A stretch of DNA of 64,000 bases from a virus. Its lineage: Duplodnaviria > Caudoviricetes. A program made the position numbers and the translations under genes. Shown here one piece after another: positions 31,752-38,980 of this stretch. Each line of letters opens with the position of its first letter. The first letter of the stretch is position 1. A model generated the notes under the pieces. It did no database searches, was not told where the DNA came from, and saw only the letters and a program-made list of their open reading frames with translations. Location: positions 224,001 through 288,000 of IMG/VR virus record IMGVR_UViG_3300009031_000221, one strand, 5' to 3'.

Positions 31752-31824
31752 TGGGTCTGACAGGAATCGAACCTGCAACACTCGGTGTAAAAGACCGCTA
31801 CGCTAGCCGTTACGTCACAGACCC
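31752..31824 (-). tRNA. tRNA-Lys(TTT), divergent body
   Basis: Loop CT-TTT-AC. Confidence 0.75.
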
Positions 31825-31912
31825 ATTGCGTTTGAAGGGATCTGCGGGCTGTTTATGTCGATGCACGGGAACCTCCTTCTTAGCAAGGGTTGTGAGTTAG
31901 GCACCAGACACA

Positions 31913-31987
31913 GGTGAACCGGAAAGGAGTTGAACCTTCAACATACTGATTAAGAGTCAGCTACTCTGCCAATTGAGTTACCGGTCC
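31913..31987 (-). tRNA. tRNA-Lys(CTT)
   Basis: Loop CT-CTT-AA. Confidence 0.9.
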
Positions 31988-31997
31988 ATTTACTTAC

Positions 31998-32070
31998 GGT
32001 GGACTAGGAGGGAATCGAACCCTCTGACAATCGGCTTGCAAAGCCAATCCGCTACCCCATAGCCAAGCCC
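31998..32070 (-). tRNA. tRNA-Ala(TGC), short D loop
   Basis: Loop TT-TGC-AA; G3:U70. Confidence 0.82.
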
Positions 32071-32074
32071 ATTG

Positions 32075-32151
32075 TGGCGACCCCTGTCGGACTTGAACCG
32101 ACGACCTCTTGCGTGACAGGCAAGCGTTCTAACCAACTGAACTAAGAGGCC
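32075..32151 (-). tRNA. tRNA-Asp(GTC)
   Basis: Loop CT-GTC-AC; CCA encoded. Confidence 0.93.
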
Positions 32152-32158
32152 ACAATAA

Positions 32159-32303
32159 GATCCCTGACTGGATTCGCACCAGCGACCTCCCACGCCATAG
32201 TGGGTGCTCCACGGTCTATTCCTTCCATGGGGGCACTTGGTTACCCTTCCGCGGTGGCAACCGAATACATTCCCATTTATTGAATGCCTTGAGCTACAAG
32301 GAT
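32159..32303 (-). ncRNA. tRNA-like RNA with a ~75-nt D-loop expansion
   Basis: Acceptor ATCCTTG/CAGGGAT; D stem GCTC/GAGC enclosing hairpins; CCCAC-TATGGC-GTGGG; T loop TGCGAAT. Confidence 0.6.
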
Positions 32304-32378
32304 GGCGGGACTGAAGGGAATCGAACCCTCCTACAGGACATAGACAGTGTCCTTGCGCCTCCAGGCGCATCCAATCCC
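32303..32378 (-). tRNA. tRNA-Asp(GTC), divergent
   Basis: Loop CT-GTC-TA; CCA encoded. Confidence 0.8.
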
Positions 32379-32528
32379 ATTAACGGACAAAGCTCATCGG
32401 CCAATGGCCTTGCTTCTACAGTAGCTTCACCGACTGGTTCCACTTTTCGTCTTGCAAATTTGCAACCTTGCAAGATACCCATCAAGGCACCGTCATGCCT
32501 TCTGAGTGACGGCGTCGTGTCGTCACCT

Positions 32529-32603
32529 TGGTGGGCTAGGTGGGAGTCGAACCCACAACCAACAGATTAAGAGTCTGCTGCGCTTCCATTGCGCCACTAG
32601 CCC
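32529..32603 (-). tRNA. tRNA-Lys(CTT)
   Basis: Loop CT-CTT-AA; CCA encoded. Confidence 0.92.
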
Positions 32604-32723
32604 GATTTGAGTAGCCTAGGTCCTCAGTTATTCCCCGGCAAGGAGGACTCCACGCACGCCGGGTCAGATGTTTCCATGTCAACTACTCTGGGAAACCCAC
32701 GCATCGTTCTCCCCTTGAGGAGA

Positions 32724-32800
32724 TGGTCGGGGTAGCCGGATTCGAACCGACGACCACTAGTCCCCCAGACTAGTGCGCTACCAGGCTGCGCTATACCCCG
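32724..32800 (-). tRNA. tRNA-Pro(GGG)
   Basis: Loop CT-GGG-GG; CCA encoded. Confidence 0.93.
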
Positions 32801-32938
32801 ATTTCCAGCTATCCCTCGTGTACTTTGAGATCAAGTTTATCATGGGAGGTCGGGCGTAAAGGCCTCTCCTCTTCGATTCACCCCCATGCACGGAAGCTTC
32901 AACCCATGACACCGCTCTGGATTAGCGGCTAGATCCTA

Positions 32939-32967
32939 TCTACGCACTTCTCGGGGAAAGTAAGTCC
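32939..32967 (-). promoter_or_regulatory. Promoter motif copy 15
   Basis: CTTAC-N15-CGTAG. Confidence 0.75.
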
Positions 32968-32982
32968 CCGGTTATCATTAAA

Positions 32983-33056
32983 GTCAGGGTAGAGAGACTC
33001 GAACTCTCAACCTCATGCTCCCAAAGCACGCGCTCTACCATTAGAGCTACACCCTG
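32983..33056 (-). tRNA. tRNA-Pro(TGG)
   Basis: Loop TT-TGG-GA. Confidence 0.92.
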
Positions 33057-33068
33057 ATTACTAGACAC

Positions 33069-33142
33069 GGCTGGGGATGAAGGGGTCGAACCTTCGTTGA
33101 CGGAGTCAGAGTCCGGTGTCCTGCCAATTAGACGAATCCCCA
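33069..33142 (-). tRNA. tRNA-Gln(CTG)
   Basis: Loop CT-CTG-AC. Confidence 0.9.
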
Positions 33143-33152
33143 ATTAACTTAG

Positions 33153-33227
33153 CGCCCACGGCAGGATTCGAACCTGCAACCTCTTCGTTCGTAGCGAAAC
33201 GCTCTATCCAAATTGAGCTACGCGGGC
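33153..33227 (-). tRNA. tRNA-Arg(ACG)
   Basis: Loop CT-ACG-AA. Confidence 0.92.
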
Positions 33228-33329
33228 ATATTTCCCGGCTTTCCATCGTGGCCCCGAAGGAAAGTGTGCTGTAAGTGGTCCCCGGCAATGACCGGTTCAA
33301 GACTTCAAGCATCGCCCCGGGTGGGCGAT

Positions 33330-33403
33330 TGGCTGGGGTACAAGGATTCGAACCTTGATAAGCAGCTTCAAAGGCTGCCGTCCTGCCGTTAGACGATACC
33401 CCA
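33330..33403 (-). tRNA. tRNA-Gln(TTG)
   Basis: Loop CT-TTG-AA; CCA encoded. Confidence 0.92.
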
Positions 33404-33410
33404 ATATCTA

Positions 33411-33484
33411 GGTACTCCCAGAAAGAATTGAACTTTCATCGCACGGATATCAGCCGTGTGCTCTAACCGTTGAGCTATGAGAGC
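33411..33484 (-). tRNA. tRNA-Ile(GAT)
   Basis: Loop CT-GAT-AT. Confidence 0.88.
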
Positions 33485-33485
33485 A

Positions 33486-33560
33486 TGGAGCGGACGACCG
33501 GATTCGAACCGGCGACGATTTGCTTGGCAAGCAAGAATTCTACCACTGAATTACGTCCGC
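33486..33560 (-). tRNA. tRNA-Gly(GCC)
   Basis: Loop TT-GCC-AA; CCA encoded. Confidence 0.92.
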
Positions 33561-33571
33561 ATAGACTAACC

Positions 33572-33647
33572 GGTCGGAATGACAGGATTTGAACCTGCGA
33601 CCCCTTGCTCCCGAAGCAAGTGCGCTACCAGGCTGCGCTACATTCCG
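33572..33647 (-). tRNA. tRNA-Pro(CGG)
   Basis: Loop TT-CGG-GA. Confidence 0.93.
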
Positions 33648-33708
33648 ATTACAGGTTCCGTACCCTCACGAGTATGGGTCGGGCTACCTGTGGAGCCCGT
33701 CACAACAA

Positions 33709-33784
33709 GGCTTACCCTGTGGGAATTGAACCCACGACATCCTGCTTAACAGGCAGGCACTCTGACCATCTGAGTTAAGGGCAA
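33709..33784 (-). tRNA. tRNA-Asn(GTT)
   Basis: Loop CT-GTT-AA. Confidence 0.88.
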
Positions 33785-33841
33785 GATCGCTAGGTATTTA
33801 TCAGGGTGTCTCAAACTGCCGAGATTCGATGGCAGGAGATA

Positions 33842-34504
33842 TTATCCGCGACGGTCACGATTGATGTCCGACCAGTTACTGGGGCCTGCCATTTCTTCTT
33901 CGTCTTTCTTCTTGATATTCCATTTCGCAGGTTCTTCTTTACGAGAAGGCGCTTTGACAGGTTCGTCCTTCTTAGCCCTATCCGCCCGTTCCTTCTTCAT
34001 CTTTTCTTCGTGTGCCTTGTCGCTCTGTTGCGCCTTGTCCTTCTCCGACCATTCCTTCACATCCGCATCTTCCTTCTCGCGTTGATTCTTGCGCTCGATC
34101 TTATCAACATGGTCCTTGGCGAGGTCTTGCGGGCTCTTCTTAGCAGGAGAACCTTTACCCTTTGCTTTGTCAATCAGACTCTGCGGGGGCTTCTTGGCAC
34201 CCGGATGATCCTTCCGATACTTCTCCCAAAGACCCTTCAAACCATCTAGCAGCCCGGCATCATGCCCGGCAGCGGCAAGCCGAAGTGCCGGGATGATCTC
34301 ACTACGTGACGCAGGGTTTTCGCTAGCTACCCTAAGCAGGGATTCACGGAGGAATGCAACCTTGTTGCCGTCATCATCCTTGTCATCTTCACCCTTGTCA
34401 TCTTCACCTGCCGCCTGACGGAGGATGGGGATTAGATGCTGGCGGATGCCGTCGGGATTGTTATGTGCTAGGCGTAACAACTTGTTATAAAGTGACATTT
34501 CCAA
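33842..34504 (-). CDS. Highly charged protein with two LLR(L/V)A..NP..R..(L/I)IP.LR repeats
   Basis: RBS GGAG; K/D/E-rich C-terminus. Confidence 0.75.
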   Translation of the reverse strand: MEMSLYNKLLRLAHNNPDGIRQHLIPILRQAAGEDDKGEDDKDDDGNKVAFLRESLLRVASENPASRSEIIPALRLAAAGHDAGLLDGLKGLWEKYRKDHPGAKKPPQSLIDKAKGKGSPAKKSPQDLAKDHVDKIERKNQREKEDADVKEWSEKDKAQQSDKAHEEKMKKERADRAKKDEPVKAPSRKEEPAKWNIKKKDEEEMAGPSNWSDINRDRRG

Positions 34505-34600
34505 ATCTCCGAATTAGGGGCATCCCCATAGCAATCATTGCTGACGGGCATGTTACCTACTGGATGTTTGGCTATAGAACCAATATTGATTCTAGGGAAA

Positions 34601-34676
34601 GGCTTACCGGGTGGGACTCGAACCCACGCACAACAAGGTAACAGCTTGTCGCTCTAAGCCGCTGAGCTACCGGTAA
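34601..34676 (-). tRNA. tRNA-Asn(GTT)
   Basis: Loop CT-GTT-AC. Confidence 0.88.
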
Positions 34677-34692
34677 AACGTAGGCTTAATGC

Positions 34693-35178
34693 CTACAAGG
34701 TGGTGTGCATGCCCGCATGTACCTCACGGTGACATCGACAGCATAGCAAGTCACATTTGTCTAGTTCCGGTTGGACGGTATCCCATTTGCGATAATGCCC
34801 GTCCCGGAGGGAGAATTCCTTGCCCGCCGGATCCCTATGATGGAAATCCAGGGCGTCCGCACACTTAGCATAACCACATATTGAACATTTCCCGCCTTTG
34901 TATGCTAGAGCCTTAGCCTTGATTCGTTTCCGTACTTCCATGACGGAACATGAATTGCACTTGGATCGGTGGTGTCCCGCTGTGCGATTATAGATGTAAT
35001 CTCGATCACATGTAAGGCAATGTCCAACCGTATCGTCATCCATAGGAATCCGTCTCGTATTGTGCATCCCGAAAGGTGAACACGTGAGGCAATACTTTCG
35101 ACTGCCCAGATTCTTGTGTTCGCCGTTAATGATGACTCGAGTTGAGAACTTCGAGTCGCATTTCTTACATACAGGCAT
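34693..35178 (-). CDS. HNH endonuclease
   Basis: YKGGKCSICGYAKCADALDFHHRDP...ELDKCDLLCCRCHREVH. Confidence 0.88.
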   Translation of the reverse strand: MPVCKKCDSKFSTRVIINGEHKNLGSRKYCLTCSPFGMHNTRRIPMDDDTVGHCLTCDRDYIYNRTAGHHRSKCNSCSVMEVRKRIKAKALAYKGGKCSICGYAKCADALDFHHRDPAGKEFSLRDGHYRKWDTVQPELDKCDLLCCRCHREVHAGMHTTL

Positions 35179-35237
35179 GATTGTAACCTAGTGCTATAGG
35201 TTAGCACACTCTAGCACTAGGCATAAACAATCTATTG

Positions 35238-35311
35238 GGCTCCCCGAGTAGGATTCGAACCTACGACTATCGCATTAACAGTGCGAAACTCTACCGCTGA
35301 GTTATCGGGGA
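35238..35311 (-). tRNA. tRNA-Asn(GTT)
   Basis: Loop CT-GTT-AA. Confidence 0.92.
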
Positions 35312-35317
35312 ATCTTA

Positions 35318-35394
35318 TGGGGTGAACGATGGGATTTGAACCCACGTAGACTTGCTTCACAGGCAAGCGCCTAAACCACTCGGCCACGTTCACC
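35318..35394 (-). tRNA. tRNA-His(GTG)
   Basis: Loop CT-GTG-AA; G-1 and CCA encoded. Confidence 0.93.
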
Positions 35395-35560
35395 ACCGGA
35401 GGCGATGACCGTTCCTGGCTTAATACCAGGATACAGGTCATCGCCTTCGCAATGCTCATTCAGTTGTCAAAGACCCTGTCCCGTTTCCGGTGGCAGAGCG
35501 TATTCAACCCCCGTAGAGATTGAATGACGGGGCGTTGCACAAAGCATTGCCCCAAAATGC

Positions 35561-35593
35561 AGAAGGCCGGGTCACCCTTCGGTGCCCGGCCTT
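35561..35593. terminator. Strong hairpin
   Basis: GAAGGCCGGG...CCCGGCCTTC. Confidence 0.4.
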
Positions 35594-35858
35594 CATCGCG
35601 TCCAGTTGTTCGGACGGTCAGAAGTCGGGCACCCCCTGCGGATCGCGGCCATTACCTTCGCGGGCGGCGGCGACTGCATGTGGGGGATTGCTAATCCCTT
35701 CGGGCATGCAGGGGCAAGCAAGTACGACAATCGCTTTCGCGACGGTCGTTTGCTGCTTTTGCCTATGTCCGAAGAATACAAACACGTCCTACTCCTAAAT
35801 GTCCCACCGGCATTCCGGTGTTCAACATGACCCATGAAGCCAGTTCCCCGTGGGGATG

Positions 35859-36401
35859 TCAAGCGCTAATCGACGCTTCCGGCAAATAAAATCCCTTCGA
35901 TCGAATTTCGGTCAGAACTGAGTTGGGGACCATCCCCTCTACCTCATGAATCCTGCCACTTCGGATGGAGTCCCGTACCAAGGTGCTTCGCTCTGGCCCC
36001 TGATCGGGAACCACTAGCAACTCTACCATCTTGGTAATGTCATCCCATCGGCGCCATTTGCTGTGGCACTCCAGGTTGTCAGGCCCAATGATCATTACGA
36101 ACTGGGCGTGGGTGTAATTACGGACAAGGAATTCTACGAAGTCCACCGTATAGGTGATATCGAGCGCCTTCTCCATACTGTTCACCCTGACGGGCGAATG
36201 CATTCCGAATACCTGTTCGATTGCGAGTGTTGTCATTCGCAATCGATCTTCAAACGGAAGCATGTCCTTACCGAATGAGTGCTTCCACGCAGGATGCACC
36301 CACAGAGAATCGAGGTTCCCTACAGCCATGGCATGAGTCATGACCTTCAGGTGCCCAATGTGTGGGGGGTTGAACGCCCCTCCATACAATCCGATCCTCA
36401 T
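35859..36401 (-). CDS. nadD: Nicotinate-nucleotide adenylyltransferase
   Basis: IGLYGGAFNPPHIGH, YTVDFV, IIGPDNL...W. Confidence 0.9.
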   Translation of the reverse strand: MRIGLYGGAFNPPHIGHLKVMTHAMAVGNLDSLWVHPAWKHSFGKDMLPFEDRLRMTTLAIEQVFGMHSPVRVNSMEKALDITYTVDFVEFLVRNYTHAQFVMIIGPDNLECHSKWRRWDDITKMVELLVVPDQGPERSTLVRDSIRSGRIHEVEGMVPNSVLTEIRSKGFYLPEASISA

Positions 36402-36442
36402 TACATCGTCCTTGTGACCCCTCGCTCGGGGGCCACATTGGT

Positions 36443-36471
36443 ATCTACGCACTTCAGTCAGGAAGTAAGTC
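36443..36471 (-). promoter_or_regulatory. Promoter motif copy 16
   Basis: CTTAC-N15-CGTAG. Confidence 0.75.
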
Positions 36472-37160
36472 TACACCTCGAAATAAACCCCGACCTCAGT
36501 CAGACGGGCATATGCGTCACGGTCAAAGCTGTACATCTTCGCACCCTTACGTCCCGTAGCACTTGTCTCCCGAAGCACCCCGTAGTTCAGGATCTTGCGG
36601 CGAAAGTTCCGCCGATCGATGGGGCGTGCCAAGACAATCTCATAGAGGCGCTGCAATTCCAGCAACGTGAACTCCTTGGGCAGGAACTCGATGCCGATCG
36701 GATGCCACCGAATCTTGGCGCGGAGCCGCTTGATCCCCGTGGCGATGATCGCGGAATGGTCAAAAGCAAGGGGGGGAAGTTTATCTACCGACCACCACAC
36801 GGCTTCTTTCGCGTCGTCCGCACCTTTCACCGCAGCAGTCTTGATCAATGCCATGTATGCCATCGAGATGACACGACCGCGAGGGTCACGGTCGGGGTCA
36901 TCGAACAGTGCCAGTTGTTCCATATAGGAGGCAACGAGCCCTGTTTCCTCCCCAAGTTCCCGATGAACTGCGGCAAGGGAAGTCTCTTTCTTTCCGATAT
37001 CAACGAAGCCGCCGGGCAAAGCCCAGTGCCCGTAGAAGGGTTCCCCTTCCCGGCCACGGAGGATCAAGAGGATCTTCAGGGCGTGTTCGGCAAAGTCTAC
37101 GCCGAAGACAACGGCATCTACCGTGTGAGATGCTTGTTCATGTTTGTAAGTGAATGGCAT
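36471..37160 (-). CDS. nrtR: NrtR-like Nudix plus winged-HTH protein
   Basis: TVDAVVF, WALPGGFV, RELGEETG, DRDPRGRVIS, LAFDH, DRRNFRRK. Confidence 0.9.
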   Translation of the reverse strand: MPFTYKHEQASHTVDAVVFGVDFAEHALKILLILRGREGEPFYGHWALPGGFVDIGKKETSLAAVHRELGEETGLVASYMEQLALFDDPDRDPRGRVISMAYMALIKTAAVKGADDAKEAVWWSVDKLPPLAFDHSAIIATGIKRLRAKIRWHPIGIEFLPKEFTLLELQRLYEIVLARPIDRRNFRRKILNYGVLRETSATGRKGAKMYSFDRDAYARLTEVGVYFEV

Positions 37161-37169
37161 TGGGTATCC

Positions 37170-37742
37170 TTACAGGAGGTTGAGGGCTTTGAAGATTTCC
37201 ATGTACACGTGATACTCATGATCCGTGAACATGACGAAGGTGATCTCATCCATGTCCCATTCATCCGCAAGGCAAGCGCTTGCCGCCGCGAATGCCCCCG
37301 TCGTGATCGGGCATCCGTAGATGCCGCAGGAAATCGCGGGGAATGCAATGGTGTAGATGTCGTGTTGCTTGGCGGTCTTGAGGCAGTTGAGGTAGGTATT
37401 GACCAGGGCGACTTCAGGCATGATGTCATCGGGGAGAATCTCACCCGGGCGGCTTTTGCCTTGGCGCTCGAAAACGGGGCCAACCGTATGCAGGATGCGA
37501 TGCACATTGAGGTCATGCCCGCCGGTAACCTTCACGTCGCTGATTTCGCAACGAACTCCATTGGTGACGGGGAACTTCTCGCACTCTTCGCGGAGACCTG
37601 GGCCTGCAGCACGATGAATGGCACCATCCACGCCACCCCCGCCTAGCAGGCTCGGATTGGCGGCGTTGACCACGGCATCGCCAGTGAACTTGGTAATGTC
37701 CCCTTGGATGATTCGAATGTTTAGGCCCGGGTTCCGTTTCAT
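37170..37742 (-). CDS. Macro domain (ADP-ribose hydrolase, YmdB-like)
   Basis: GDIT...AVVNAANPSLLGGGGVDGAIH, HTVGP, AFPAISCGIYG. Confidence 0.95.
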   Translation of the reverse strand: MKRNPGLNIRIIQGDITKFTGDAVVNAANPSLLGGGGVDGAIHRAAGPGLREECEKFPVTNGVRCEISDVKVTGGHDLNVHRILHTVGPVFERQGKSRPGEILPDDIMPEVALVNTYLNCLKTAKQHDIYTIAFPAISCGIYGCPITTGAFAAASACLADEWDMDEITFVMFTDHEYHVYMEIFKALNLL

Positions 37743-37776
37743 GGTTGCTCCTGGGAGGCAGTGCCCCCAACGATAT

Positions 37777-37805
37777 GTCTACGCCGGTAGATCATAAAGT
37801 AAGCC
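37777..37805 (-). promoter_or_regulatory. Promoter motif copy 17
   Basis: CTTAC-N15-CGTAG. Confidence 0.75.
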
Positions 37806-38393
37806 TTCCCCGTAGGCTTTTGCCGGATGATGTTGAACGGCAATGCCAAGACTAGGCTGAATCGGGGTATCCTTGATTGGGCCTTCTTGCATGCCGTGCC
37901 GCCGATGCTGGAAGCAGTCGCTAGTAAGGCTGCCATGCGCCATGATGCCATAGGCACGGACACGCCCATGCCATCTACCGTTGACATTGACGCAGTGCCC
38001 TACGTCCCCTGACTCTCGTTTGAACCAACCACAGTCATTGCATGAACCATCGATTTCCTGCATCCATATGATGTGTTCCTTGTAGAGCGGGCGGCAACCC
38101 TTATGGATGAGGAACCACGTAGGCCACCAATATCCTGCAAGGATGTCCGCTTCGGACCTATCGGCAACGGGTTCACTGCACAGGTAGCATTGCGTGCCTG
38201 ACCAGACTGCCCAATTACGTTGACCTTGGATCCAAGCCAGGACATGGGGCTTCTTGCCGTCCTTCACCTCGAGTTCCCGGGCGACCTCAGAATCTTCAAC
38301 CCCACGACGTGCCATCTGGCGTTCGGTTTCAGGATCCGTGCCGTCAAAGACAAGGTTGAAGAATCTATCCCGGTCATTCTTGGTGTCTATCAT
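37779..38393 (-). CDS. Hypothetical Cys-containing protein
   Basis: ORF with RBS; stops at the TAG of the promoter motif. Confidence 0.6.
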   Translation of the reverse strand: MIDTKNDRDRFFNLVFDGTDPETERQMARRGVEDSEVARELEVKDGKKPHVLAWIQGQRNWAVWSGTQCYLCSEPVADRSEADILAGYWWPTWFLIHKGCRPLYKEHIIWMQEIDGSCNDCGWFKRESGDVGHCVNVNGRWHGRVRAYGIMAHGSLTSDCFQHRRHGMQEGPIKDTPIQPSLGIAVQHHPAKAYGEGLLYDLPA

Positions 38394-38401
38394 GGATTGG
38401 G

Positions 38402-38782
38402 TTACTCCTTGACAGGAACTGCCTTGATGGAACCATCCGTGTTTCGTGCAATAGCGACGTACACGACTTCCGCCGCAGTCACGGACACGGGAACGACCTC
38501 CCCATCCCGGCTGGATTCAACTTCCACCTTGACATGGATGGACGTAGTTCCAATCTTGATCAAGCTTGTCCAGAAGGTCACAACTTCCCCGACCTTGACG
38601 GGACTCTTGAACACGACCTCCTTGACTGCCATCGTGGCAACGTCATGCTTGGTGTGCAAGCGTGCCTCAACGGCTCCCGCCAAGTCAATCTCCGCCAGGA
38701 TTGCACCGCCGAAGATTTCCCCACGATGGTTCGTATCACGGGGAAGGAGGATACGCCTAATTGAAATGTTACGATTTTCCAT
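38402..38782 (-). CDS. Acyl-CoA thioesterase (hotdog fold, YciA-like)
   Basis: PRDTNHRGEIFGG, F..PVKVG, IGTTSIHV.VEV. Confidence 0.9.
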   Translation of the reverse strand: MENRNISIRRILLPRDTNHRGEIFGGAILAEIDLAGAVEARLHTKHDVATMAVKEVVFKSPVKVGEVVTFWTSLIKIGTTSIHVKVEVESSRDGEVVPVSVTAAEVVYVAIARNTDGSIKAVPVKE

Positions 38783-38972
38783 TGTTTCCTACCTTGGTTA
38801 CAGGTTTGCGTTCCGTGAGAACTCGATCCAGACACTGGCTGAAACGTCCCCAGGCGGGCTTATCATACTCGGGTGACTCATGGCAATGCCCCCATAGTAG
38901 ATGAAGCAGATGTCGGACTTCCGCATCCAATTCCACATCTTTCAATTCATTGACACTCTTGGGATCCGCCAC
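38769..38972 (-). CDS. Hypothetical protein, 67 aa
   Basis: Overlapping operon ORF. Confidence 0.5.
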   Translation of the reverse strand: MADPKSVNELKDVELDAEVRHLLHLLWGHCHESPEYDKPAWGRFSQCLDRVLTERKPVTKVGNNGKS

Positions 38973-38980
38973 AATTCCTC

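Noticed and set aside
35582-35862. Short ORFs on both strands between boxA and nadD
   Set aside because: No convincing RBS, motif or codon pattern; left unannotated.
36279-37646. 455-aa plus-strand ORF
   Set aside because: Antisense shadow of nadD, nrtR and macro.
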